A DNA stretch of 64,000 bases from the human T2T-CHM13v2.0 reference genome, Homo sapiens: assembly GCF_009914755.1 (NCBI RefSeq), contig NC_060933.1; one strand, 5' to 3'. A model generated the notes under the pieces. That model was not told the origin of the DNA, searched no databases, and saw nothing but the letters and a program-made list of their open reading frames with translations. This document shows, piece after piece, positions 13,866 through 29,075 of the stretch. Each line of letters begins with the position of its first letter. Position 1 is the first letter of the stretch. A program made the translations under genes and the position numbers.

Positions 13866-16800
13866 CCATTCCATTCCATTCCATTCCATTCCATTCCATT
13901 CCATTCCGTTCCGTTCCATTCCATTCCATTCCTTTCTATTCGAGTTAATTCCATTCCATTCCATTCCATTCCATTCCATTCCATTCCATTCCATTCCAAT
14001 TAAGTTGATTCCATTCCATTCCATTCCATTCCATTCCATTCCATTCCATTCCACTCCATTCCAGTCCTTTCCATTCCATTCCACTCAGGTTGATTCCAAT
14101 GTATTCCTTTCCATTCCATTCCATTCCATTGCAATCAAGTTGATTCCATTGCTTTGCATTCCATTCCATTCCATTCCATTCCGGATGATTCCATTCCATT
14201 GCATTCCATTCCATTCCATTCCCCTGCACTCGGGTTGATTCCATTCCATTCCACTACATTCCGTTCCATTCCATTCCATTCCATTGTATTCGGGTTAATT
14301 CCATTCCATTCCATTCCATTCCATTCCATTCCATTCCTTTCCATTCCATTACAATCGTGTTGATTCCATTCCATTCCATTCCATTCCAGTCCTTTCCATT
14401 CCATTCCACTCGGGTTGATTCCATTCTATTAGTTTCCATTCCATTCCATTCCCTTCCATTCCACTCTGGTTGATTCCATTCCTTTCCATTCCACTCGAAT
14501 ACATTCCCTCCTATTCCACTCGGAACGATTCCATTCCATTCCATTCCATTCCATTCCATTCCATTCCATTCCATTTCATTCCATTCCATTCTATTCCGTA
14601 TCATTCCATTCCAGTCCATTGCATTCCATTCCATTCCATTGCATTCCATTCCATTCCATTCCATTCCATTCCGTTGCATTCCATTCCATTACATTCGGAT
14701 TGATTCTATTCAACTCCCTTACTCTCCATTACATTCCATTCCATTCGGGTTGTTCCATTCCATTCCATTCCATTCCACTCCATTCCATTGCACTCGGGTT
14801 GATTCCATTCCATTCCATTCCATTCCATTCCATTCCATTCCGGATGATTCCATTCCATTGCATTCCGTTCCATTACATTCCCCTGCACTCGCGTTGATTC
14901 CGTTCCATTCCATTCCATTCCATTCAATTCCATTCCATTAGAATTCGTTCCATTCCATTCTATTCCGAACCATTCCATTCCATTCCATACCATTCCATTC
15001 CATTCCATACCATTCCATTCCGTTCCATTCCGTTCCATTCCATTCCATTCCATTCTATTCGGATTAAATCCATTCCATTCCATTCCATTCCATTCTATTC
15101 CATTCCATTGCAATCTAGTTGAATCCATTGCATTTCATTCCATTCCATTCCATTCCATTCCAGAAGATTCCATTCCATTGCATTCCATTCCATTCCATTC
15201 CCCTGCACTCGCGTTGATTCCATTCCATTCCATTCCATTCCATTCCGTTCCGTTCCATTCCATTCCATTCCATTCCATTCCATTCCATTCCATTCCATTC
15301 TATTCGGGTTAATTCCATTCCATTCCATTCGATTGCAATCGAGTTGATTCCATTCCATTCCATTCCATTCCATTCCATTCCATTCCATTCCTTTCCATTC
15401 CATTACGGATGATTCCTTTCCATCGCATTCCATTCCATTCCATTCCCCTGTACTCGGGTTGATTCCATTCCATTCCATTCCAATCCATGCCATTCCACTC
15501 GTGTTGATTCCATTCTTTCCATTCCATTCAAGTTGAATCCATTCCATTGCATTCCATTCCATTCGATTCCATTCGATTGCACTCGGGTTGATTCCATTCC
15601 ATCGCATTCCATTCCATTCCATTCCATTCCATTCCGTTCCATTCCATTCCATTACATTCGGATTGATTCTATTCAATTCCCTTACACTCCATTACATTCC
15701 ATTCCATTCGTGTAGTTTCCATTCCATTCGATTCCATTCCTCTCCATTCCATTGCACTCGGGTTGATTCCATTCCATTGCATTCCATTCCATTCCATTCA
15801 ATTCCATTCCGTTCCATTCCATTCCATTACATTCGGATTGATTCTATTCAACTCCCTTACTCTCCATTACATTCCATTCCATTCGGGTTGTTCCATTCCA
15901 TTCCATTCCATTCCACTCCATTCCATTGCACTCGGGTTGATTCCATTCCATTCCATTCCATTCCATTCCATTACAATCGAGTTGATTCCATTCCATTCCA
16001 TTCTATTCCATATCTTTCCATTCCATTCCACTCGGGTTGATTCCATTCTATTAGTTTCCATTCCATTCCATTCCCTTCCATTCCACTCTGGTTGATTCCA
16101 TTCCTTTCCATTCCACTCGAATACATTCCCTCCTATTCCACTCGGAACGATTCCATTCCATTCCATTCCATTCCATTCCATTCCATTCCATTCCATTCCA
16201 TTCCATTTCGTTCCATTCCATTCTATTCCGTATCATTCCATTCCATTCCATTCCATTCCATTCCATTCCATTCCATTGTACTCGGGTTGATTCCATTCCA
16301 TTGCATTCCATTCCATTCCATTCCATTCCATTCCATTCCATTCCATTCCATTCCATTCCATTCTGTTCCATTCCATTACATTCGGATTGATTCTTTTGAA
16401 CTCCCTTACTCTCCATTACATTCCATTCCATTCGGATTGTTCCATTCCATTCCATTCCATTCCACTCCATTCGATTGCACTCGGGTTGATTCCATTCCAT
16501 TCCATTCCATTCCATTCCGGATGATTCCATTCCATTGCATTCCGTTCCATTACATTCCCCTGCACTCGGGTTGATTCCATTCCATTCCATTCCATTCCAT
16601 TCGCTTCCATTCCATTCCCCTGCACTCGCGTTGATACCATTCCATTCCATTCCATTCCATTCCATTCCTTTCCATTCCAGTCCTTTCCATTCCATTCCAC
16701 TCAGGTTGATTCCATTCTATTAGTTTCCATTCCATTCCATTCCCTTCCATTCCACTCTGGTTGATTCCATTCCTTTCCATTCCACTCGAATACATTCCCT

Positions 16801-19800
16801 CCTATTCGACTCGGAACGATTCCATTCCATTCCATTCCATTCCATTTCGTTCCATTCCATTCCATTCCGTATCATTCCATTCCATTCCATTCCATTCCAT
16901 TCCATTCCATTCCATTCCATTCCATTCCATTTCGTTCCATTCCATTCTATTCCGTATCATTCCATTCCATTCCATTCCATTCCATTCCATTCCATTCCAT
17001 TCCATTTCGTTCCATTCCATTCTATTCCGTATCATTCCATTCCATTCCATTCCATTCCATTCCATTCCATTCCATTCCATTGTACTCGGGTTGATTCCAT
17101 TCCATTGCATTCCATTCCATTCCATTCCATTCCATTCCTTTCCGTTCCATTCCATTACATTCTGATTGATTCTTTTCAACTCCCTTACTCTCCATTACAT
17201 TCCATTCCATTCGGATTTTTCCATTCCATTCCATTCCATTCCACTCCATTCCATTGCACTCGGGTTGATTCCATTCCATTCCATTCCATTCCATTCCGAA
17301 TGATTCCATTCCATTGCATTCCGTTCCATTACATTCCCCTGCACTCGGGTTGATTCCATTCCATTCCATTCTATTCCACTCGATTCCATTCCATTCCCCT
17401 GCACTCGCGTTGATTCCATTCCATTCCATTCCATTCCATTCCATTCCATTGCATTCCTTTCCATTCCAGTCGTTTCCATTCCATTCCACTCAGGTTGATT
17501 CCATTCTATTAGTTTCCAATCCATTCCATTCCCTTCCATTCCACTCTGGTTGATTCCATTCCTTTCCATTCCACTCGAATACATTCCCTCCTATTCCACT
17601 CGGAACGATTCCATTCCATTCCATTCCATTCCATTCCATTCCATTCCACTCGTGTTGATTCCATTCCTTTCCATTCCATTCGGTTTGAAGGCATTCCATT
17701 CCATTCCGTTCCATTCCATTCCATTCCATTCCATTTCATTGTACTCGGGTTGATTCCATTCCATTGCATTCCATTCAATTCCATTCCATTCCATTCCATT
17801 CCATTCCATTCCATTCCATTCCGTTGCATTCCATTCCATTACATTCTTATTGATTCTATTCAACTCCCTTACTCTCCATTACATTCCATTCCATTCGGGT
17901 TGTTCCATTCCATTCCATTCCATTCCACTCCACTCCATTCCATTGCACTCGGGTTGATTCCATTCTATTGCATTGCATTCCATTCCATTCCGAATGATTC
18001 CATTCCATTGCATTCCGTTCCATTCCATTCCCCTGCACTCGCGTTGATTCCATTCCATTCCATTCCATTCCATTCCATTCCATTCCATTCCGTTCCATTC
18101 CGTTCCATTCCATTCCATTCCATTCTATTCGGGTTAATTCCATTCCATTCCATTCCATTCCATTCCATTCTATTCCATTCCATTGCAATCGAGTTGAATC
18201 CATTGCATTTCATTCCATTCCGTTCCATTCCATTCCATTCCGGAAGATTCCATTCCATTGCATTCCATTCCATTCCATTCCCCTGCACTCGCGTTGATTC
18301 CATTCCATTCCATTCCATTCCATTCCATTCCATTCCATTCCATTCCATTCCATTCCTTTCCGTTCCGTTCCGTTCCATTCCATTCCATTCCGTTCCGTTC
18401 CATTCCATTCCATTCCATTCTATTCGGGTTAATTCCATTCCATTCCATTCGATTGCAATCGAGTTGATTCCATTCCATTCCATTCCATTCCATTCCATTC
18501 CTTTCCATTCCATTACGGATGATTCCATTCCATTGCATTCCATTCCATTCCATTCCCCTGTACTCGGGTTGATTCCATTCCATTCCATTCCAATCCATGC
18601 CATTCCACTTGTGTTGATTCCATTCTTTCCATTCCATTCAAGTTGAATCCATTCCATTGCATTCCATTCCATTCGATTCCATTCGATTGCACTCGGGTTG
18701 ATTCCATTCCATTGCATTCCATTCCATTCCATTCCATTCCGTTCCATTCCATTTCATTACATTCAGGTTGATTCTATTCAATTCCCTTACACTCCATTAT
18801 ATTCATATCCATTCTGGCTTTTTCCATTCCATTCCATTCCATTTCACTCCATTCCTTTGCACTCGGGATGATTCCATTCCATTCCATTCCATTGCATTCC
18901 ATTCCATTCCATTCCGGATGATTCCATTCCAATGCATTCCTTTCCATTCCATTCCCCTGCACTCGGGTTGATTCCATTCCATTCCATTCCATTACATTCC
19001 GTTCCATTCCATTCCATTACATTCGGATTGATTCTATTCAACTCCCTTACTCTCCATTACATTCCATTCCATTCGGGTTGTTCCATTCCATTCCATTCCA
19101 TTCCACTCCATTCCATTGCATTCGGGTTGATTCCATTCCATTCCATTCCATTCCATTCCATTCCATTCCGTTCCGTTCCGGAAGATTCCATTCCATTGCA
19201 TTCCATTCCATTCCATTCCCCTGCACTCGCGTTGATTCCATTCCATTCCATTCTATTCCATTCCATTCCCTTCCTTTCCGTTCCATTCCATTCTATTCCA
19301 TTCCATTCCATTCCGTTCCGTTCCATTCCATTCAATACCATTCTATTCGGGTTAATTCCATTCCATTCCATTCGATTGCAATCGAGTTCATTCCATTCCA
19401 TTCCATTCCATTCCATTCCATTCCATTCTATTCCTTTCCATTCCATTACGGATGATTCCATTCCATTGCATTCCATTCCATTCCATTCCCCTGTACTCGG
19501 GTTGATTCCATTCCATTGCATTCCAATCCATTTCATTCCATTCCATTCCATTCCCTTCCATTCCACTCTGGTTGATTCCATTCCTTTCCTTTCCACTCGA
19601 ATACATTCCCTCCTATTCCACTCGGAACGATTCCATTCCATTCCATTCCATTCCCTTCCATTCCATTCCATTGCGGATGATTCCATTCCATTGCATTCCT
19701 TTCCATTACATTCCCCTGCACTCGCGTTGATTCCATTCCATTCCATTCCATTCCATTCAATTCCATACCATTACAATTCGTTCCATTCCATTCTATTCCG

Positions 19801-20440
19801 TACCATTCCATTCCATTCCATACCATTCCATTCCATTCCATTCCGTTCCGTTCCGTTCCATTACATTCCATTCCATTCTATTCGAATTAATTCCATTCCA
19901 TTCCATTCCATTCCATTCTATTCCATTCCATTGCAATCGAGTTGAACCCATTGCATTTCATTCCATTCCATTCCATTCCATTCCATTGCGGAAGATTCCA
20001 TTCCATTGCATTCCATTCCAATCCATTCCCCTGCACTCGAGTTGATTCCATTCCATTCCATTCCATTCCATTCCATTCCGTTCCGTTCCATTCCATTCCA
20101 TTCCATTCCATTCCATTCCATTCCATTCCGGAAGATTCCATTCCATTGCATTCCATTCCAATCCATTCTCCTGCACTCGAGTTGATTCCATTCCATTCCA
20201 TTCCATTCCATTCCATTCCGATCCGTTCCATTCCATTCCATTCCATTCCATTCCATTCCATTCCATTACGTTCCGTTCCATTCCATTCCATTCCATTCTA
20301 TTCGGGTTAATTCCATTCCATTCCATTCGATTGCAATCGAGTTGATTCCATTCCATTCCATTCCATTCCATTCCATTCCATTCCATTCCGGAAGATTCCA
20401 TTGCATTGCATTCCATTCCATTCCATTCCCCTGCACTCGC

Positions 20441-23400
20441 GTTGATTCCATTCCATTCCATTCCATTCCATTCCATTCCGTTCCGTTCCATTCCATTCCA
20501 TTCCATTCCATTCCATTCCGTTCCGTTCCATTCCATTCCATTCTATTCTATTCGGGTTAATTCCATTTAATTCCATTCGATTGCAATCGAGTTGATTCCA
20601 TTCCATTCCATTCCATTCCATTCCATTCCATTCCATTCCTTTCCATTCCATTACGGTGATTCCATTCCATTGCATTCAATTCCATTCCATTCCCCTGTAC
20701 TCGGGTTGATTCCATTCCATTCCATTCCAATCCATGCCATTCCACTCGTGTTGATTCCATTCTTTCCATTCCATTCAAGTTGAATCCATTCCATTCTATT
20801 CCATTCCATTCGATTCCATTCGATTGCACTCGGGTTGATTCCATTCCATTGCATTCCATTCCATTCCATTCCATTCCAATCCATTCCGTTCCATTCGATT
20901 CCATTACATTCGGATTGATTCTATTCAATTCCCTTACACTCCATTACATTCCATTCCATTCGGGTAGTTTCCATTCCATTCCATTCCATTCCTCTCCATT
21001 CCATTGCACTCGGGTTGATTCCATTCCATTGCATTCCATTCCATTCAATTCCATTCCGTTCCATTCCATTCCATTACATTCGTATTGATTCTATTCAACT
21101 CCCTTACTCTCCATTACATTCCATTCCATTCGGGTTGTTCCATTCCATTACATTCCATTGCACTCGGGTTGATTACATTCCATTCCATTCCATTCCATTC
21201 CATTCCATTCCATTCCATTCCATTCCGGAAGATTCCATTCCATTGCATTCCATTCCATTCCATTCCCCTGCACTCGCGTTGATTCCATTCCATTCCATTC
21301 CATTCCATTCCGTTCCGTTCCGTTCCATTCCATTCCATTCCATTCCATTCCATTCCATTCCATTCTATTCCGTTCCGTTCCATTCCATTCCATTCCATTC
21401 TATTCGGGTTAATTCCATTCCATTCCATTCGATTGCAATCGAGTTGATTCCATTCCATTCCATTCCATTCCATTCCATTCCTTTCCATTCCATTACGGAT
21501 GATTCCATTCCATTGCATTCCATTCCATTCCATTCCCCTGCACTCGCGTTGATTCCATTCCATTCCATTCCATTCCATTCCGTTCCGTTCCGTTCCAGTC
21601 CATTCCATTCCATTCCATTCAATTCCATTCCGTTCCATTCCATTCCATTCCATTCGGATTGATTCTATTCAACTCCCTTACTCTCCATTACATTCCATTC
21701 CATTCAGGTTGTTCCATTCCATTCCATTCCATTCCACTCCATTCCATTGCACTCGGGTTGATTCCATTCCATTCCATTCCATTCCATTCCATTCCATTCC
21801 ATTCCGGAAGATTCCATTCCATTGCATTCCATTCCATTCCATTCCCCTGCACTCGCGTTGATTCCATTCCATTCCATTCTATTCCATTCCATTCCCTTCC
21901 TTTCCGTTCCATTCCATTCCATTCCATTCCATTCCATTCCATTCCATTCCGTTCTGTTCCATTCCATTCCATTCCATTCCATTCTATTCGGGTTAATTCC
22001 ATTCCATTCCATTCGATTCCAATCGAGTTGATTCCATTCCATTCCATTCCATTCCATTCCATTCAATTCCATTCCTTTCCATTCCATTACGGATGATTCC
22101 ATTCCATTGCATTCCATTCCATTCCATTCCCCTGTACTCGGGTTGATTCCATTCCATTCCATTCCAATCCATGCCATTCCACTCGTGTTGATTCCATTCT
22201 TTCCATTCCATTCAAGTTGAATCCATTCCATTGCATTCTTTTCCATTCGATTCCATTCGATTGCACTCGGGTTGATTCCATTCCATTGCATTCCATTCCA
22301 TTCCAATACATTCCATTCCGTTGCATTCCATTCCATTACATTCGGATTGATTCTATTAAACTCCCTTACTCTCCATTCCATTCCATTCCATTCGGGTTGT
22401 TCCATTCCATTCCATTCCATTCCACTCCATTCCATTGCACTCAGGTTGATTCCATACCATTCCATTCCATTCCATTCCATTCCGGATGATTCCATTCAAT
22501 TGCATTCCGTTCCATCACATTCCCCTGCACTCGCGTTGATTCCATTCCATTCCATTCCATTCCATTCCATTCCGTTTCATTCCTTTCCATTACATTCGGA
22601 TTGATTCTATTCAATTCCCTTACACTCCATTACATTCCATTCCATTTGGGTAGTTTCCATTCCATTCCATTCCATTCCTCTCCATTCCATTGAACTCGGG
22701 TTGATTCCATTCCATTGCATTCCATTCCATTCCATTCAATTCCATTCCGTTCCATTCCATTCCATTACATTCGGATTGATTCTATTCAACTCCCTTACTC
22801 TCCATTACATTCCATTCCATTCGGGTTGTTCCATTCCATTCCATTCCATTCCACTCCATTCCATTGCACTCGGGTTGATTCCATTCCATTCCATTCCATT
22901 CCATTCCATTCCGTTCCATTCCGGAAGATTCTATTCCATTGCATTCCATTCCATTCCATTCCCCTGCACTTGCTTTGATTCCATTCCATTCCATTCCATT
23001 CCATTTCATTCCATTCCTTTCCGTTCCATTCCATTCCATTCCATTCCATTCCGTTCTGTTCCGTTCCATTCCATTCCATTCCATTCTATTCGGGTTAATT
23101 CCATTCCATTCCATTCGATTGCAATCGAGTTGATTCCATTCCATTCCATTCCATTCCATTCCTTTCCATTCCATTACGGATGATTCCATTCCATTGCATT
23201 CCATTCCATTCCATTCCCCTGTACTCGGGTTGATTCCATTCCATTCCATTCCATTCCATTCCATTCCGTTCCGTTCCATTCCATTCCATTCCATTCCATT
23301 CCATTCCGTTCCGTTCCATTCCATTCCATTCTATTCTATTCGGGTTAATTCCATTTAATTCCATTCGATTGCAATCGAGTTGATTCCATTCCATTCCATT

Positions 23401-26045
23401 CCATTCCATTCCATTCCATTCCATTCCATTCCTTTCCATTCCATTACGGATGATTCCATTCCATTGCATTCAATTCCATTCCATTCCCCTGTACTCGGGT
23501 TGATTCCATTCCATTCCATTCCAATCCATGCCATTCCACTCGTGTTGATTCCGTTCTTTCCATTCCATTCAAGTTGAATCCATTCCATTCTATTCCATTC
23601 CATTCGATTCCATTCGATTGCACTCGGGTTGATTCCATTCCATTGCATTCCATTCCATTCCATTCCATTCCAATCCATTCCGTTCCATTCGATTCCATTA
23701 CATTCGGATTGATTCTATTCAATTCCCTTACACTCCATTACATTCCATTCCATTCGGGTAGTTTCCATTCCATTCCATTCCATTCGTCTCCATTCCATTG
23801 CACTCGGGTTGATTCCATTCCATTGCATTCCATTCCATTCAATTCCATTCCGTTCCATTCCATTCCATTACATTCGGATTGATTCTATTCAACTCCCTTA
23901 CTCTCCATTACATTCCATTCCATTCGGGTTGTTCCATTCCATTACATTCCATTGCACTCGGGTTGATTACATTCCATTCCATTCCATTCCATTCCATTCC
24001 ATTCCATTCCATTCCATTCCGGAAGATTCCATTCCATTGCATTCCATTCCATTCCATTCCCCTGCACTCGCGTTGATTCCATTCCATTCCATTCCATTCC
24101 ATTCCGTTCCGTTCCGTTCCATTCCATTCCATTCCATTCCATTCCATTCCATTCCATTCCGTTCCGTTCCATTCCATTCCATTCCATTCTATTCGGGTTA
24201 ATTCCATTCCATTCCATTCGATTGCAATCGAGTTGATTCCATTCCATTCCATTCCATTCCATTCCATTCCTTTCCATTCCATTACGGATGATTCCATTCC
24301 ATTGCATTCCATTCCATTCCATTCCCCTGCACTCGCGTTGATTCCATTCCATTCCATTCCATTCCATTCCGTTCCGTTCCGTTCCATTCCATTCCATTCC
24401 ATTCCATTCAATTCCATTCCGTTCCATTCCATTCCATTCCATTCGGATTGATTCTATTCAACTCCCTTACTCTCCATTACATTCCATTCCATTCAGGTTG
24501 TTCCATTCCATTCCATTCCATTCCACTCCATTCCATTGCACTCGGGTTGATTCCATTCCATTCCATTCCATTCCATTCCATTCCATTCCATTCCGGAAGA
24601 TTCCATTCCATTGCATTCCATTCCATTCCATTCCCCTGCACTCGCATTGATTCCATTCCATTCCATTCTATTCCATTCCATTCCCTTCCTTTCCGTTCCA
24701 TTCCATTCCATTCCATTCCATTCCATTCCATTCCATTCCGTTCTGTTCCATTCCATTCCATTCCATTCCATTCTATTCGGGTTAATTCCATTCCATTCCA
24801 TTCGATTCCAATCGAGTTGATTCCATTCCATTCCATTCCATTCCATTCCATTCAATTCCATTCCTTTCCATTCCATTACGGATGATTCCATTCCATTGCA
24901 TTCCATTCCATTCCATTCCCCTGTACTCGGGTTGATTCCATTCCATTCCATTCCAATCCATGCCATTCCACTCGTGTTGATTCCATTCTTTCCATTCCAT
25001 TCAAGTTGAATCCATTCCATTGCATTCTTTTCCATTCGATTCCATTCGATTGCACTCGGGTTGATTCCATTCCATTGCATTCCATTCCATTCCAATACAT
25101 TCCATTCCGTTGCATTCCATTCCATTACATTCGGATTGATTCTATTCAACTCCCTTACTCTCCATTCCATTCCATTCCATTCGGGTTGTTCCATTCCATT
25201 CCATTCCATTCCACTCCATTCCATTGCACTCAGGTTGATTCCATACCATTCCATTCCATTCCATTCCATTCCGGATGATTCCATTCAATTGCATTCCGTT
25301 CCATCACATTCCCCTGCACTCGCGTTGATTCCATTCCATTCCATTCCATTCCATTCCATTCCATTCCGTTTCATTCCTTTCCATTACATTCGGATTGATT
25401 CTATTCAATTCCCTTACACTCCATTACATTCCATTCCATTTGGGTAGTTTCCATTCCATTCCATTCCATTCCTCTCCATTCCATTGAACTCGGGTTGATT
25501 CCATTCCATTGCATTCCATTCCATTCCATTCAATTCCATTCCGTTCCATTCCATTCCATTACATTCGGATTGATTCTATTCAACTCCCTTACTCTCCATT
25601 ACATTCCATTCCATTCGGGTTGTTCCATTCCATTCCATTCCATTCCACTCCATTCCATTGCAATCGGGTTGATTCCATTCCATTCCATTCCATTCCATTC
25701 CATTCCGTTCCATTCCGGAAGATTCTATTCCATTGCATTCCATTCCATTCCATTCCCCTGCACTTGCTTTGATTCCATTCCATTCCATTCCATTCCATTT
25801 CATTCCATTCCTTTCCGTTCCATTCCATTCCATTCCATTCCATTCCGTTCTGTTCCGTTCCATTCCATTCCATTCCATTCTATTCGGGTTAATTCCATTC
25901 CATTCCATTCGATTGCAATCGAGTTGATTCCATTCCATTCCATTCCATTCCATTCCTTTCCATTCCATTACGGATGATTCCATTCCATTGCATTCCATTC
26001 CATTCCATTCCCCTGTACTCGGGTTGATTCCATTCCATTCCATTC
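20441..26045 (+). repeat. Nested ~2.79-kb tandem duplication (2 copies; repeated at ~49296-54900)
   Basis: ORF offsets of 2794/2789 (20780/23574, 21659/24448, 22217/25006, 22701/25495). Shared rare variants ttccatttaattcc, gttgattacattcc, tgcattcttttcc, ccatcacatt and gcacttgctttg. Confidence 0.88.
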
Positions 26046-29000
26046 CAATCCATGCCATTCCACTCGTGTTGATTCCATTCTTTCCATTCCATTCAAGTTG
26101 AATCCATTCCATTGCATTCCATTCCATTCCATTCCCCTGCAGTCGGGTTGTTTCCATTCCATTCCATTCCATTCCATTCCATTCCATTCCGTTCCGTTCC
26201 ATTCCATTCCATTCCATTCTATTCTGGTTAATTCCATTCCATTCCATTCCATTCCATTCCATTCCATTCCAATCGAGTTGATTCCATTCCATTCCCTTCC
26301 ATTCCATTCCACTCCATTGCAGTCCTTTCCATTCCATTCCACTCGGGTTGATTCCAATGTATTCCTTTCCATTCCATTCCATTCCATTGCAATCGAGTTG
26401 ATTCCATTGCTTTGCATTCCATTCCATTCCATTCCATTCCGGATGATTCCATTCCATTGCATTCCATTCCATTCCATTCCCCTGCACTCGGGTTGATTCC
26501 ATTCCATTCCACTCCATTCCGTTCCATTCCATTCCATTCCATTGTATTCGGGTTAATTCCATTCCATTCCATTCCATTCTATTCCATTCCATTACAATCG
26601 AGTTGATCCCATTCCATTCCATTCCATTCCAGTCCTTTCCATTCCATTCCACTCGGGTTGATTCCATTCTATTATTTTCCATTCCATTCCATTCCCTTCC
26701 ATTCCACTCTGGTTGATTCCATTCCTTTCCATTCCACTCGAATACATTCCCTCCTATTCCACTCGGAACGATTCCATTCCATTCCATTCCATTCTATTCC
26801 ATTCCATTCCATTCCATTCCATTCCATTCCATTCCATTCCTTTCCATTCCAGTCCTTTCCATTCCATTCCACTCGGGTTGATTCCATTCTATTAGTTTCC
26901 ATTCCATTCCATTCCCTTCCATTCCACTCTGGTTGATTCCATTCCATTCCATTCCATTCCATTCCATTCCATTCCATTCCATTTTGTTCCATTCCATTCT
27001 ATTCCGTATCATTCCATTCCATTCCATTCCATTCCATTCCATTCCACTCGTGTTGATTCCATTCCTTTCCATTCCATTCGGTTTGAAGGCATTCCATTCC
27101 ATTCCGTTCCATTCCATTCCATTTTATTCCATTCCATTTCATTGTACTCGGGTTGATTCCATTCCATTGCATTCCATTCCATTACATTCCATTCCATTCC
27201 GTTGCATTCCATTCCATTCCGTTTCATTCCATTCCATTACATTCGGATTGATTCCATTCAATTCCCTTACACTCCATTACATTCCATTCCATTTGGGTAG
27301 TTTCCATTCCATTCCATTCCATTCCTCTCCATTCCATTGAACTCGGGTTGATTCCATTCCATTGCATTCCATTCCATTCCATTCAATTCCATTCCGTTCC
27401 ATTCCATTCCATTACATTCGGATTGATTCTATTCAACTCCCTTACTCTCCATTACATTCCATGCCATTCGGGTTGTTCCATTCCATTCCATTCCATTCCA
27501 CTCCATTCCATTGCACTCGGGTTGATTCCATTCCATTCCATTCCATTCCATTCCATTCCATTCCGTTCCATTCCGGAAGATTCTATTCCATTGCATTCCA
27601 TTCCATTCCATTCCCCTGCACTCGCTTTGATTCCATTCCATTCCATTCCATTCCATTTCATTCCATTCCTTTCCGTTCCATTCCATTCCATTCCATTCCA
27701 TTCCGTTCTGTTCCGTTCCATTCCATTCCATTCCATTCTATTCGGGTTAATTCCATTCCATTCCATTCGATTGCAATCGAGTTGATTCCATTCCATTCCA
27801 TTCCATTCCATTCCATTCCATTCCTTTCCATTCCATTACGGATGATTCCATTCCATTGCATTCCATTCCATTCCATTCCCCTGTACTCGGGTTGATTCCA
27901 TTCCATTCCATTCCAATCCATGCCATTCCACTCGTGTTGATTCCATTCTTTCCATTCCATTCAAGTTGAATCCATTCCATTGCATTCCATTCCATTCCAT
28001 TCCCCTGCAGTCGGGTTGTTTCCATTCCATTCCATTCCATTCCATTCCATTCCGTTCCGTTCCATTCCATTCCATTCCATTCTATTCGGGTTAATTCCAT
28101 TCCATTCCATTCCATTCCATTCCATTCCATTCCAATCGAGTTGATTCCATTCCATTCCCTTCCATTCCATTCCACTCCATTGCAGTCCTTTCCATTCCAT
28201 TCCACTCGGGTTGATTCCAATGTATTCCTTTCCATTCCATTCCATTCCATTGCAATCGAGTTGATTCCATTGCTTTGCATTCCATTCCATTCCATTCCAT
28301 TCCGGATGATTCCATTCCATTGCATTCCATTCCATTCCATTCCCCTGCACTCGGGTTGATTCCATTCCATTCCACTCCATTCCGTTCCATTCCATTCCAT
28401 TCCATTGTATTCGGGTTAATTCCATTCCATTCCATTCCATTCTATTCCATTCCATTACAATCGAGTTGATCCCATTCCATTCCATTCCATTCCAGTCCTT
28501 TCCATTCCATTCCACTCGGGTTGATTCCATTCTATTATTTTCCATTCCATTCCATTCCCTTCCATTCCACTCTGGTTGATTCCATTCCTTTCCATTCCAC
28601 TCGAATACATTCCCTCCTATTCCACTCGGAACGATTCCATTCCATTCCATTCCATTCTATTCCATTCCATTCCATTCCATTCCATTCCATTCCTTTCCAT
28701 TCCAGTCCTTTCCATTCCATTCCACTCGGGTTGATTCCATTCTATTAGTTTCCATTCCATTCCATTCCCTTCCATTCCACTCTGGTTGATTCCATTCCAT
28801 TCCATTCCATTCCATTCCATTCCATTCCATTCCATTCCATTCCATTTTGTTCCATTCCATTCTATTCCGTATCATTCCATTCCATTCCATTCCATTCCAT
28901 TCCACTCGTGTTGATTCCATTCCTTTCCATTCCATTCGGTTTGAAGGCATTCCATTCCATTCCGTTCCATTCCATTCCATTTTATTCCATTCCATTTCAT

Positions 29001-29075
29001 TGTACTCGGGTTGATTCCATTCCATTGCATTCCATTCCATTACATTCCATTCCATTCCGTTGCATTCCATTCCAT
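25368..29075 (+). repeat. Nested ~1.86-kb tandem duplication (2 copies; overlaps end of the 2.79-kb duplication; repeated at ~54223-57925)
   Basis: ORF offsets of 1853-1863 (25495/27348, 26412/28275, 26658/28521). Shared rare variants atttgggtag, attgaactcggg, agttgatccc, ctattattttcc and attttgttcc. Confidence 0.85.

Noticed and set aside
16136-16156. ctcggaacgattcc motif as a heat shock element
   Set aside because: Its GAA is one base out of phase with the flanking TTC units, so it does not fit nTTCnnGAAnnTTCn.
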